Shown here: one piece after another, positions 27,964-41,661 of the stretch
How the letters are laid out: each line of letters begins with the position of its first letter
Numbering within the stretch: the first letter of the stretch is position 1
Assembly: GCF_006345805.1 (NCBI RefSeq)
Contig: NC_043005.1
Span: 106,454,001-106,518,000, forward strand
Length of the DNA: 64,000 bases
DNA from: Octopus sinensis
Lineage: Eukaryota
Reading direction: 5' to 3'
The notes under the pieces: generated by a model
Databases searched by the model: none
What the model was told of the DNA's origin: nothing
What the model saw: only the letters and a program-made list of their open reading frames with translations
Program-made: the position numbers and the translations under genes

Positions 27964-28515
27964 CGTATATATTTATATATACACACACACATATATGTAT
28001 ATGTGTGTTTGTGCGCATATGTAATAATTTCAACACTCTTTGCATAGAATAGTCTCTATTAAAAGCAGAATCTCAGCGATTCGCTACACTATGTTTCTCG
28101 CTGCCGACCCTCTGATGACACACATGCATGCCATAGATACACACGCATGCGCACATGTCATATCAAACACAATCGCGTATGAGCGCACAGTTTATGAAAG
28201 AACAAAAAATGAGTTACGAAAAATTATTCTGAGTGGACAGTAGCATGAATTTGGACAAAAAAGGTGAATTCCAGTATACCAAATGCCAAAAGAGATTAAT
28301 TTTGAATTTATTGAAATTGGTTTAGCTAGTAGAGAACTCAAACGAGCGCTTCGTGGAAATGCGGTCGTCTTTAAATATGAATGAAAAACAGTCTCAAGAA
28401 TTAAGAATTCTCTAGTATTATACACATACCCGCATGTATGCTTGTATGTATGTATTTATATATGTATGTATCTATGTACTTATGCACACGCACGCACCAA
28501 CTCACTCACGCGTAT

Positions 28516-28571
<56 letters not shown>

Positions 28572-28714
28572 GTGTGTGTGTGTGCGTGAGGATATATATT
28601 CTTATATTAATAGAATAACTAATACTGAATTCAAGATTTCAACTTTTCATAAGCAGCGATCTGATTCTTTTGTGAAATACATAATTACATAAACATACAC
28701 ATTCACATATACTG

Positions 28715-28763
28715 GTGTTGGTGATGGTGGTGGTGGTGGCGGTGGTGGGTTCTAGGTAGTGGC

Positions 28764-28860
<97 letters not shown>

Positions 28861-29310
28861 ATGAAGATGATGATGATAACAGCAACCGCAATAATAATAA
28901 TAATAATAATAGTAATAATATTAATAATAATAATATAATAATAATAATAATAATAATAGTAGTAGTAGTAATAATAATAATAATAATAATGATAATAATA
29001 GTAATAATAATAATAACAATAATAATAATAAATTTAAAGATAACGGCAGAAATGAAAAAAATGATATAATTATTTAATATAAACGATGTAGCGATAAAAC
29101 TGAAAAAAGGATATGAAAAGCATACACTCCACATCTGAAATGAAATATAAAGATACATAAAAACTATAAAAATATGGTGAAAGAATTTCAATATTGTAAA
29201 AATACGAATAACGAATAACGTCAATGTTGAAGATTATGATGATAATAATGATAATGATGATTTTAACTATGGTGATGAGGATGATGATGGTGGTGGCGGT
29301 GGTGGTGCGG

Positions 29311-29383
<73 letters not shown>

Positions 29384-29550
29384 TAATAATAACAATAATA
29401 ATAATAATAATAATAATAGCAATAATAATAATAGTAATAATAATAATGATGATAATAATAACAATACGAAGAAGAAGAAGAAGAAGAGAAGAAGAAGAAG
29501 AAGAAGAAGAAGAAGAAGAGAAGAAGAAGAAGAAGAAGAAGAAGAAGAAT
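28715..29550. repeat. Compound (CAG)/(TAG)/(AAT)/(GAA)n microsatellite blocks
   Basis: Seen directly in the sequence. Confidence 0.9.
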
Positions 29551-30390
29551 CCATAATATTGCTAATATTATTATGACTACGAAATAAAAATAATAATTAC
29601 TAACGCTGATGAAAAGCAGCTCTAATAATAATGACAATATTTGAAAAACAACAACAGCAATAACAATAAAATAAACAATAAATATCATAAAAAACAACAA
29701 CAACAATAGCTATTATTATTGTTATTTAAAGAGGAATGTGAAAGTGAAAGTAGAAAGAAATTTTCAGCGAAATCTCACTGCAAATTATGAAGAAATTGGA
29801 AATATATTTAGTGCAAATAAATCAGTGATAAGTTTTCGAGCCGAAGATTTCCCTGGGGTATAGGAATTGCAATGTCTAACTGCTTATGTTGATGTACATT
29901 AACTACTGATTAGGGGCTTCTAGAAATATGATTTTATTAAAGAAATAATTCTTTTTTAGAAATTCTGCCATAACATTGTAATGCGAGACGAATGGTACAA
30001 TGTTGAAGTGAGGTGGCGGGGAATGGTGGGAGGAAAAACACGAAGAGAAGAACACGATAAAGGAAAGAAGGAAAACATGGAACTGCCGAAGAATATATAT
30101 ATTTAATAGGTGATTAAATAAATGAAACTTAACCAAGCCACACACACACATGCATGCATGGACATAAACGCGTATGCACATACATACATATACATACATA
30201 TACACACGATGGATGCAGAAATTCGTACGAAAGATTCGTTTACGTTTATAGAAATAATATGGATATACACACACATATATAGACTTCTCTGTTACTATTG
30301 CGTATATGCATTTATACATTTATAATTGTCTGATAAATATAGGCTTAATTATAGATGTCTCACTCTCTCTCTCTCTCTCTCTCTCTCTCG

Positions 30391-30429
<39 letters not shown>

Positions 30430-30486
30430 CATATATACATATATATATAAATACATACATATATATTTATATACATACATATATAT

Positions 30487-30534
<48 letters not shown>

Positions 30535-31199
30535 TATATAATAAAAACGTATATATATATGCGTGTGTGTGTGAGTGGATATGTGTATGTGCATATGTGT
30601 GCGTTTTATACTTTATATATGCAAATATATAAATATATAACTACATAAATACATACACGCACTCATGCAAAATAATACTAACTTGTGATACAAAGTGTTG
30701 GACTAAAAATTAAAATACTACAGCAAGTATTGGAAAAAACTGAGTAATTTCAGAAATATTGTCTTCTTGCAGTTTCTGTCTTTTGAACATATCAAAAAGA
30801 GTATTTAAGCAAAATTTGCAGACTACTGTAGATACGAAAAGCATTTAGGCTTTGGAGGATACGAAGAAAGGAAGTTTCCTCCCACTTTCTACAATGATTC
30901 CTTGTGTTGGAATGTCAAGGGGATGTTACTTTCTCCAGTGCTGTTTGGTTTATAGTTCATATCTATAGGTATAAATTGTCTTTGAACCCATTTATGCAAA
31001 CCGGAAACAGGTTTTTGCATTAAATATATTTGAAGCCATACTCAAGTCACAAATAATAAAACGGCATAAGTACAACAAGGTGACTGGGCTAAATTTGACT
31101 GTTTGCATAAAAGAAAAAGAAAATACATCTCATTCAAAAATAAAAGCATTAAAAAAAATTTTTAATCTCAACTAGATTATGGGTGGGAAATAACATTTT

Positions 31200-31960
31200 A
31201 CTCGAAATAGCATCCCACAGCTTCCACCACAGTCTCAAGACGGCTCCAGGACCTGGCGCATGCGTTCTTCTCTTTGTCTTTGGGAAGATCTTCGAACACT
31301 TTGTTGATATTGGCCCCCAGCTCGACCTTAGTGTTACAGGCAGCGCTGTGGGTGTCATTCTGAACCGCGTGTCATACATAGTAAAGTATGGGATTGCAAC
31401 GTGAGGAATCAAAGGGCCAGAAATTGAAGAAGAAATTCTCGGTCAATCGTGTCTGACTCTTTCCGGGGATATGGCAAGGATTCCAATCCTGCTGCCATAC
31501 ATATGGCCACCCAAAAGCAATCCTCTCCAGCTAGGTTTTACCACAGTCTTTAGCAGCTTCACGTAGCCATGCCAACTGAGCCTAAGAGGCTCTGTTTAAA
31601 GATGTGGGGCGGCATGATGTTGCTCTCACTGGATACACATGCAAAGATCATCACAATTTAGGGGAATTTGGTTTTCATGATACGTGAGACATGCCATGGA
31701 TTGTAGACAAGCCACCAGTTGTCCTGGGTGTTGTAAATCTGGTCCTGGCAGAAGTTCTTTTCATCTATGAAGAACCAGATCAGCTCCGGCTGAACAGAAT
31801 GCGTCAGTTTCTACAGAATCTTCTTTGCATTCGTCAAGCGCTTCTCTTTGGCTTTGGTTGTCAGAATTTCTCCCTTGTGCCTCTTTTACGAGTTGTAGCG
31901 AAGCTCCTCATTCAGAGCTAGCTTCGTGGGGGTGACTCCAACACCCATTTCTCTCTAACA
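31200..31960 (-). pseudogene. Decayed maT/DD37D-like transposase
   Basis: Minus-strand motifs WFFIDEKNFCQDQIYNTQDNWWL, MKTKFP*IVMIFACVSSESNIMPPHIF, YVWQQDWNPCH and FWPFDSSRCNPILYYV*, with stops and frameshifts. Confidence 0.8.
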
Positions 31961-32457
31961 AACCCCCAGATTCCCTTGTTCAGAACACCTTGTATAATTT
32001 TCCGTGAAAATCAATTTTATACAATTATCTTGCTTTGTAAAATATTTGTGCTGGTAAAAATATTAATCTAATCAATATACTATAGAATATTGATAAATAG
32101 TCATCGAAACACTCGCAGACCTCAGCCCCTTTAAGGAACCATCGGGGTACCGTCATCATATACAGAGTATCTAGGGCAATATTAGACTTGGTAGGACCCG
32201 TTCCTCTTCGTGTCTAACTTTAATCGATTTCTTCCAGAGAGACAGGAAAGATGAGAGAGGAGGAAAGAAGGAGGAGGAGGAGGAGGAAGAAGAGGAGAAT
32301 AAAAGCCAAATACATGACTGGTACTTAAATTATCGACCTCCAGACGGTGATAGAGAATTTGACCTCAGTGCAATTTCAAGCCAGAACACAGAGAGCTGGA
32401 ACGATTACCGCAAACAATCTACCCGACGCTGTAATGACTCGGTCAATTATCCGCCTT

Positions 32458-32489
<32 letters not shown>

Positions 32490-32904
32490 TACATACATAT
32501 GTGCATACATATTATACACACTCACATATGCTTACAGATGTAAAATGAAAATATATGCACAGCCACGCACCCATACATATAAACACCAATATACTCACCT
32601 ATAAAAACATGTACAAGAAATCAATAGATAAATTACTAGAAAATTACTTACACTAACCCAAAGACATTTATAATTTATAATGAATAGTTACACGTACATC
32701 TTACTGATCAATGTTTAAATGGAAATCGATAGAAAATATGTGTAAAAGATTGACGTATGGTTTTGATTATGTCACATGATGTATTATAGAATAATATAGA
32801 AATCGTAGTCTTTCATCTATTAATTCTTAAGAAATGGAAACAAAATATATACCTATTATATTTTATTTGAAAATACTGTTATTATTTCCTCTGAAGGAAT
32901 AAGG

Positions 32905-33080
32905 TCTGAAATTTTGTGGGGCGGGGGCCAGTCGATTGCGTTGACCTCGGTGCTCAACTGATGCTTATTTTATCGGTCTCAAAAAAATAAGCCGCAAAAT
33001 CGACCTCGTGGGTATTTGAACTCAAAACGAAAAGACAATTGAAATACTGAGAGGCATTTTAACCAGCACGCTGATAATTC
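32905..33080 (-). mobile_element. SINE family C, diverged
   Basis: aaaatcgacctcgtgggtatttgaactc matches family C on the minus strand. Confidence 0.65.
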
Positions 33081-33109
33081 AATGAAATAATAATAACAGC
33101 AATAGCAAA

Positions 33110-33750
33110 TAGGTCACTAATTATAGTCGCTCAGGAACAAGCCATAGAAATGAATACGATAAAAGTAATGATTGATGAAACTCAGAGTGAAAACGTATTA
33201 TCTGTGTAAAAAGGAGCGAAATTTTAAACTAATTTTTGTGAATGCTGTAAATTAGCACAAAAATATATAAAAGTGTTGTTAAATGAGTGCAATAGGATGT
33301 TAATCTAGTGCATAAATTTAGAGTGTTAGAAAAGTGGTATGAATACGAGCCAAAAGCTGCGACGTTTAAAGGCAATTAGATTTTATAGAATTTCTTCATA
33401 AAGACTGGTCATAGTATTGAAGCAAGGAGACCAGATATGATAAACAGGAGACAAAAACAAGTAAAGATAATAGACTTTGTAGTACCATATGGTAGTAGGA
33501 TTGATACCCGGTAAATTGAGAGAAATAGCAAGACTTAACAAGAGATAAAGAGATTGTGGTAAGCAAGATTGATAATTGTTGCTGTTAATTGGTACACTTG
33601 GCACAATATTCTAACTGCTGTCGAAGAGATCGATCGATCGATATTGGAACTGGGATACGAATTTCATACTGCAGAAAAGTGTCAGCTTGCATTCTTGAGA
33701 TTGAGAAGACTTGTTATCACGAAACCTCAGGATAACATCCTTGTTTACTA
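33110..33750 (+). pseudogene. R4/Dong-like (RLE) non-LTR retrotransposon C-terminal remnant
   Basis: Fragments SLIIVAQEQAIEMNTIKVMID, CECCKLAQKY, EKWYEYEP and HSIEARRPDMI correspond to the CCHC and restriction-like endonuclease (PD) region. Frameshifted. Confidence 0.7.
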
Positions 33751-33987
33751 GGATACCATGTAATAGCTTTAGGATAATAATAAATTTCAATTTAGGCACA
33801 AGGTCAAAGGGTATAATGAAAAAGGAATAGCTGAATACATTTAGCCCAGTTCTTGATTTGTATCTTATCTATATATCTAAAAGTGACATTCTGTGCGTGT
33901 TTGTGTTTTTTCGTTTATTTGCCCAACCCAAATGAAAGTAAATGGTTCAAGGGAAACTATTATGCGTTTTCTCATCTTATCTTATAT

Positions 33988-34049
<62 letters not shown>

Positions 34050-34572
34050 GTTCTGACCGTTTGTGTGTTTGTCCTCAAGAACGGCTGGATCTAGAGTAGT
34101 TTCACCGACAATCTAGCAATAACATAGCCCTCCCCACCAAAAAAATTATGGGTCTGTGCCCTCTGTGCTGGGAATGAGGCACCCCTTAGATTTTTGTTAG
34201 AGCATACCGCTAGGAGAATGTCCCTCTGATATAAAGATATATATGCAGGGATTGACACTGAACATTTTTGCGACTTTTTGCTTACGTTTCAGAACATGGT
34301 GTTCTCATATTCCTGATCCTGGGACACATATTGGTACTGGATATCTTGCCCCACCTTGTCTCTAGGCTCTGTCAATATTGCGGAGAGGGCCTGTGAGGTG
34401 CTGTGTAAGCCTTATTGGACCTAAAAGTTTAGGATGTGCAGTCACTGTGGAGGCAACTACCTGATATCCGATCCAGTAGGAGGCCGCCGCGTTAAGCATA
34501 GATGCAGTGGATATCTTCTATGGTCACGAGTAGACAATCATCATCATCATCATCATCATTATCAACTGTACA

Positions 34573-34978
34573 CACAGATGTAGCTGTGTGATAAGTAGCT
34601 TGCTTACCAACCATATGGTTCCGGGTTCTGTCCCACTGCGTGGCACCTTAAGCAATTGCCTTCTACTATAGCCTCTGGCCGACCAAAGCCTTGTGAGTGG
34701 ATTTGGTAGACGGAAACTGAAAGAAATCCGTCGTATATATATGTGTGTGTGTATCTGTGTGTGCGTGCGTGTGTGTTTTTATGTGTCTGTGTTTGTCCCC
34801 CCACCATCGCTTGACAACCAATGTTGGCGTGTTTACGTCTCCGTAACTTAGCAGCTCAGCAAAACAAACCGATAGTATAAGTACTAGGCTTACAAACAAT
34901 AAGTTCTGGGGTCGATTCGTTCGACTAAACGAGGTGCGCCAGCATGGCCACAGTGAAATGGCTAAAACAAGTAAAAGT
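34573..34978 (+). mobile_element. SINE family B, near full length
   Basis: Homologous to 3213-3616. Confidence 0.9.
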
Positions 34979-35144
34979 ATACATATTATGTTTGGGCTTT
35001 GTTTGGCTCGTGAGTGGACGGGAGACACGCTGGTGCACTGCCATGAAGATTTTAATTTAAGAGATGGAACCCGGTACCTATTTTCTTCAGGGTATATGTC
35101 TCTTGCCTCTTGTGAGGTTAGGGGATCTAACACAAACTTATATC

Positions 35145-35406
35145 TATTTCTTTACCACCTACAAGGGGCTAAACACAGAGGGGACAAACAAGGACAGACA
35201 TAGGTATTAAGTCGATTACATCGACCCCAGTTCGTAATTGGTACTTAATTTATCGACCCCGAAAGGATGAAAGGCAAAGTCGACCTCGGTGGAATTTGAA
35301 CTCACAACGTAACGCAGACGAAATACCGCCAAGCATTTCGCCCGGCGTGCTAATGTTTCTGCCAGCTCGCCGCCTTGCCAGCTCGCCGCCTTGCCAGCTC
35401 GCCGCC
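35145..35406 (-). mobile_element. SINE family C with triplicated 5' end
   Basis: Full unit, with gccagctcgccgcc(tt) repeated three times at 35361-35406. Confidence 0.9.
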
Positions 35407-35797
35407 TAACTAATACCGGTTATGAAGTGGCGTTGGTGACAAGCACAGGCATAAAAGCACACAAACATATAAGTATATATACGACGGCTTCCTACACAGT
35501 TTTCGTCTTCCAAATTCACTCACAAGGAATTGGTTAGTTCAGGGCTATAGTATAAGATATTGACCAAAGGTGTCACACAGCTAACTTTTTAATCACCGAG
35601 TCTTATGAGGTTAAATCTATAGATAGGAAAAGGAAACTCATTTTTGAGACCAATTTAGAAACATGTCTATTGAATGTATGAGACGCAATGTAGTTTGTGT
35701 GTTAGCAAACTAGCGACAAGAGAAACCCGAAAGCACTACAAGAACCATACAAAGCACAACAGAATTTAGTTGAGTTAAGTATGTATGGGAATATATC

Positions 35798-36175
35798 ATT
35801 GCTATTATGTTAAACTGTCGTATGTCCAAATTTGGCCAAATACGTTTTTTTCAATATTTACTTTTGCCTGCAGTAGCCGGTTTCTTTTGGACAAATATCG
35901 TATCTCCTGCTGCTTCAGATGAAAATTATCAAAGTGTAGTACAACAGTTAAGCATTTTTCAGAAACGTACTAAGTCCCACATACGACAGTTTTGCAAAAA
36001 TATTTCTGACTGAAAATGTCATACATGCAAGGAGTTAGGATTTTAGACACCCAACAAAGTATCATTGTTTAACTGAAACTGTTGCAAATGTAAAAAGAAA
36101 TGGAATGGTGAAACTTTTTTTTCATTTTCTGAAAAGGCAACATTTTGGACTTATGACACTTTTGCATAATAACAG

Positions 36176-36180
<5 letters not shown>
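35798..36180. mobile_element. MITE with imperfect ~35-bp TIRs
   Basis: attgctattatgttaaactgtcgtatgtccaaa matches the reverse complement of ttttggacttatgacacttttgcataataacagcaat. An internal copy, catacgacagtttt, is also present. Confidence 0.55.
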
Positions 36181-36218
<38 letters not shown>

Positions 36219-36244
36219 ATATGTATGTATGCGTGTGTGTGTAT

Positions 36245-36512
36245 GTGACTTCAATTCCTGACGTTGTCTCTTTGAGCAAGACACTTTATTTCACGTTGCT
36301 CCAGTCCACTCAGCTTGCAAAATTGAATAGTACCTGTTTTTAAAAGGGCCAGCCCTGTCACACTCTGTGTCACGCTGAATCGCCCCGGGAACTACGTTAA
36401 CGAGTACTCGTGTCTGTGGAGTGCTCAACCACTTGCATGTTAATTTCACAAGCAATCTGTTTCGTTGATTGTATCAGCTGGGACCCTCGTCGTCGTAACC
36501 AACGGAGTGCTC
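36245..36512 (+). mobile_element. SINE family A, 5'-truncated
   Basis: Matches 1075-1305. Confidence 0.85.
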
Positions 36513-36720
36513 CTTATATATATAAGTAGTTGAATGAATTATCCTAGTATGGATAATTCGGTTAACCGATACCTGGGTAGCAAATTCACGTCAGAAAAAC
36601 ACGGTTGAAGCTACATGCCAAGGGCAGAGATCACGTGCTTTCGTGTGGAAATTTGTGTGTTTTTTAATACAAATAAATGAAAGAATGGAGTTGAACGACG
36701 ATTTAACAAAATTCCTTTAT

Positions 36721-36801
36721 TCTCGACATATGTTTCGAAGGCTGCATATTCCTAATTTCGAAGGAATAAGGGGTGCATTATGCTGCCTTCTCATCAGGAG
36801 A
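36721..36801 (-). ncRNA. Type I hammerhead ribozyme (left arm of P1)
   Basis: Minus strand reads tctc-CTGATGA-gaaggc...gccttc-GAAA-C-atat-GTC-gaga. The stem III region ACATATGT is palindromic. Confidence 0.8.
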
Positions 36802-36933
36802 GACAAGGAACTTATGTCAGCATCAAGATAAACAAAAACTCTTAGATGACTGCCCACTCTATCGCTATGGACTCCGAGTGGGCAGTCATCTAAGAGTTTT
36901 TGTTCATCTTGATGCTGACATAAGTTCCTTGTC

Positions 36934-37014
36934 TCTCCTGATGAGAAGGCAGCATAATGCACCCCTTATTCCTTCGAAATTAGGAATATGCAGCCTTCGA
37001 AACGTATGTCGAGA
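36934..37014 (+). ncRNA. Type I hammerhead ribozyme (right arm of P1)
   Basis: Reads tctc-CTGATGA(36938-44), an extended stem II (gaaggc/gccttc, gca/tgc, tattcct/aggaata), then GAAA(36999-37002)-C-gtat-GTC(37008-10)-gaga. Confidence 0.8.
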
Positions 37015-37121
37015 ATAAAGGAATTTTGTTAAATCGTCGTTCAACTCCATTCTTTCATTTATTTATATATATATATATACTTACATATAAGAGAACAAAG
37101 TGTACGTACGCCGCTATATAT

Positions 37122-37157
<36 letters not shown>

Positions 37158-37158
<1 letters not shown>

Positions 37159-37410
37159 AAACACAAAATTGGACAAGAACGCAAAACAACCAAATAGACG
37201 ATACAAAAACACGGACGGGTCATTCGAAGCCTTTAATCTTCAGTCAAGAACCGGATCATCCTCGCAATTTCGGCTGATTAATCTTGAGATTGCTCCAATC
37301 TGGCCAGCCCCAAGGAAAAACTAAGCTAAGAGCATTAGATTCCTTGGAAAAAGGATCGAATGTATACGAAACAAGGACAGAAAAACGGACGATGTTACAC
37401 GAATATAAAT
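37158..37410 (-). mobile_element. (TA)n-associated element, family X
   Basis: Homologous to 56826-57100 (opposite orientation) and to both arms of 41921-42210. Abuts (TA)n. Confidence 0.8.
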
Positions 37411-38179
37411 ACAAAAAGAACCCCAAAAATAATACGAATATAAATACAAAAAAACAATAATAATAACAACAACAACAATAATAATAATAATAAGAAGAAG
37501 AACAGGACGCGATGGATTATCTTGTGACCGATAAATGAGGGTTCAGTAAAGTAAAGCGTTAATCATGTTGTATGGGTACGGATATGTCGCTTGGGGCCTG
37601 CTGGTGCCTTGCAAACCTTTTGAGGACTCAGTTTGCTTTAGTACTTGTGGATCATTCGCTATTTGTTTTCTTGAGTGTATGGCGTGACATGCTTTGCTTC
37701 GTACCACAATGACAGTTAAGGTTTCCATTTAGAGAAGTAGCATTTTGCCAGCGCTCCTTCATGTTTGCACAAAGTTAGTCCTGATGTTGGAGTCGACTTT
37801 GCTCAAATCTTTGAACTGAAGAGAAGCAGGACGATCGCCAGGTTCTGCGTTCTGGGACGCTTTATGTGTATATGTGTGCATGTTATTGTGTGTGTATAGG
37901 TAGATTAGTATGTATGTATGTATGTGAAGAGAGCTAAGGAGGAAGAGACACAGACACCTACACACATACCTTGTGTGTGAATGTGTGTATACGTGTACGT
38001 GCATATAAATATGTATTTCGATGGTTGTAGCGAAAAGACAAAAGTACTCACTATATGGTGTAGAACACAAATAGATTTATTCGACTACTGCCCGCTCCGT
38101 TCATTTATTTTTCGCGAATGCTTTTACTCCATAACAGTTTAACTTACCCACACTTAAACGGCATAAAATATCGATTGAT

Positions 38180-38229
<50 letters not shown>

Positions 38230-39228
38230 CTGTGTGTGTATGTGTGTGTATATATATATATGTATACACATATATATACATATATATACATGCATGAATG
38301 TATGTAAGCATATATATATATATATATACACATATATGTACGTATATGTATATAAATATATATATGTAAATGTGTGTGTATATATATGGATATATATAGA
38401 TATATATATATATAAATTTATATACATTTATATATATATGTATACATATATTTGCACGGACACACACACACACACATCCTGCAAGAAAATATTCATGTCT
38501 AAATGTTATGGTATGATGTTCTCAAAATTTTTTCTTACGTTCTCGTATTTATCGAATAATTACAATAACACTAATAGTAATAATACTGATAACGACAATA
38601 TCATAACAACAACAACAATAGTAATACTGATAATGATCTTATTCACAATAAAATCATAATAATAACATTGATAATATTGCAACTACATCTAGTGCTTGTA
38701 CTACTAAGAGGCATAACAATAATATCAATATTAATAATGATGATGATGAGAAGAGGAATAAAAAGCAAAAGAAGAGGTAAGAGAAGAAGAATCTAAAGGA
38801 GACAGAAAGAGTAAAGTAATCTATTGAGTTTTCGCCACCCTCCTGTCTACACAAATTTTATTATCGAGCTTTTCATTGAATCATAATATAATAAATTACA
38901 TTTTCTTTAGTAGTTACAGGAGAATGGTAGAATGGTACTGCTTCAGTTTGGCAATATTTGGTGGATATTCTAGACTTTTCTTTCTGTCAGTTTTTGTCCT
39001 TATATGTGTTTGAGTATGTGCCTTCCTTTGTGTGTGTGTGTATGTGTGTGCGTGTGTGTGAGCATGTATGTATAGGTGGGCTTTTGTGTTTGTGTGTATG
39101 TCTATGTATATATTAGAGAAATGCTTTCATCAAATAATAAATGTTATTTAATATTCGGTGATATTAGTTATTAGAATAGACTGTATATAGTTTTACGACT
39201 CAATAGCTAATACTAGCAGAATTTGCTC

Positions 39229-39284
<56 letters not shown>

Positions 39285-39318
39285 CATACATACATACATA
39301 CATACATACATACATACA

Positions 39319-39366
<48 letters not shown>

Positions 39367-39397
39367 CATATAAATATATACATACATGCATACATAC

Positions 39398-39428
<31 letters not shown>

Positions 39429-39514
39429 TATATACATATATATATATGTCTCTGAGTAACTTTGCATTTATTGTATGATGTATGTATATATATATATGTA
39501 TATATATATATGTA

Positions 39515-39572
<58 letters not shown>

Positions 39573-39616
39573 TATGTATATATATATGCGTATGTATGCT
39601 TGTAATTATGTGAGTG

Positions 39617-39657
<41 letters not shown>

Positions 39658-40649
39658 GTGTGTATGTAATGTGTATAGTAATATTTCGTTTGTTGTACTA
39701 TAGGTTATTAGTATTCTTTATGTTTTAGTATAGCTAAGTATTGAGTATATAATGTTATATCTATTTCAGTTTTTACTGTTCTCTGTAGCAAGCAAGTTAA
39801 CGTTAACAACTTAAATTTTTGTATCTTTTATTTTCATAACTGTTGAATTACAAACACAGTTGCATTTCCGTACACCAGTACTTACGTGGTTTTGTGTGTG
39901 TGTGTGTGTTTTAAAACTGATTCATCATTACTTGAGTAAATGAGGTATAAATGAGGTAATAACGAGGTAGTAATAAGAAGCGAACATATCAGTAGTTGTC
40001 TCCCATGTTCGCGAATACAAAAGAAATATTGTCAATGATTAATATTCTTTATTTTTCTTTATCTAATTCTGATAAATAATGAGGAAAGCACCTCAGTATC
40101 AGAACATCATATTAAAATATAGCAAGTTTGGTTTGGTTTACTTGTATCATTGAAAGACATACAACCTATTCTCTATTCAAGAAAAATAGACGGAGAAATA
40201 TTATTTCAAAACACACCAAGATGCATATAGAGCTAAGCAAAATACGTGGCTTTATTTTATTAGTGTTGTTCTTATAATCAGACATAGGATTATCGTGGAA
40301 CTTATAGCAAGTTGGCAAAAATATAGAGCTTCAAATTTAAGTAGTTCTAGATGTACAATGGCAGTAAAGAAAATAAAGGAGAATGGCATGCCCAGGGTTA
40401 AACAGCACCAACACTTGAACCGATGATCAACAACAGCAGGAACAACAGCATCAACATCCTCTTTATCAGTGTCACTTAAATTGGGCTGCGGCAGAATCTT
40501 GGTGAAGTTACCTCAGACCGGTGCGAAAATGGGGTGTAAAAATGCAGTTGAGAGTGAATTGATATTATTAATTTTGAATACATAAATATATCCATCGATC
40601 GATCCATCCATCCAGCCATCAGTCCACCCCTCTTTCCTTCCATCCTTTC

Positions 40650-40759
<110 letters not shown>

Positions 40760-40859
40760 TTATCTATCTATCTACCTGTTTATGTGTATGTGTGTAAGAG
40801 TGAGTGCATCCATGTATGACTGTATGTCTGTGTGTTTGTGTGTGTATGTGTATTTGTGT

Positions 40860-41072
40860 GTGTGTGTCACTGTGCTTGTGTTTATCACCTTCCACACATT
40901 GAAAACCGGTGTTGGCTTCTTTACGTCACTGTAAAACTGCGGTTCGGCAAAAAAGTGTCAAATAGAATAAGTACCAGGTTTTACAAAATCAATACTGGGG
41001 TACATTCGTTCGACTAAACCCTCCAAAGCGACACCCCAGCATGGGCGTAATCCAATCATTGAAGCAAACAAA
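40860..41072 (+). mobile_element. SINE family B tail, diverged
   Basis: Matches 34790-34975. Confidence 0.7.
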
Positions 41073-41132
41073 ACCTATACACCCCACTACACATATATAT
41101 ATTTTGATATATACATACATACATACATATAT

Positions 41133-41204
<72 letters not shown>

Positions 41205-41282
41205 TATAAGAGATGAGGAATTATGTATATTATTTACATTATTTATATTTGACGGATGTTTGTCCTCATCTTGTTTGTTGTT

Positions 41283-41328
41283 AACACAACGTTTCGGCTG
41301 ATATACCCCCCCGCCTTCATCAGGTGTC
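41283..41328 (-). ncRNA. Minimal type I hammerhead motif (left arm of P4)
   Basis: Minus strand reads gacac-CTGATGA-a-GGC...GCC-GAAA-C-GTT-gtgtt, with the palindrome AACGTT. The plus-strand copy at 41714-41758 has an intact stem II (ggctg/cagcc) but a damaged core (CGATGTA). Confidence 0.7.
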
Positions 41329-41398
41329 TTGGGGAAATTTCGAACCTGGGTTCTTATTTCTAAGGTATTTTTCGATGTTATTATTATTATTATTATTA

Positions 41399-41466
41399 TG
41401 GCGTAGTGGTTAAAAGCGCAGGCTGCTAACCCCAAGATTCCGAATTCGATTCCAAGCAGTGACTTG
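41399..41466 (+). promoter_or_regulatory. tRNA-like head with Pol III A/B boxes
   Basis: TGGCGTAGTGG (A box) followed by GAATTCGATTCC (B-box-like), with an anticodon-loop-like CTGCTAA. Confidence 0.6.
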
Positions 41467-41470
41467 AATA

Positions 41471-41505
<35 letters not shown>

Positions 41506-41517
41506 TATAATAATAAC

Positions 41518-41557
<40 letters not shown>

Positions 41558-41570
41558 TTATAATAATAAT

Positions 41571-41661
<91 letters not shown>

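Larger units (their letters stand above)
36671..37064. repeat. Long palindrome P1: 189-bp arms, 16-bp spacer
   Basis: 36671-36859 is the reverse complement of 36876-37064, with 2 mismatches seen. Confidence 0.97.

Noticed and set aside
36717-37018. Two near-identical 81-aa ORFs on opposite strands, and a similar pair at 57147-57672
   Set aside because: They are a by-product of the palindromes, with no recognisable protein motif.
37817-37865. CTGAAGA followed by a strong hairpin
   Set aside because: There is no GAAA box after the stem (it reads TGGGAC) and no stem I, which is insufficient for an HHR call.
40250-40530. Short stop-free minus-strand stretch and signal-peptide-like MLMLLFLLLLIIG
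   Set aside because: The signal-like frame stops after 19 codons, and there is no supportable splice structure or homology.
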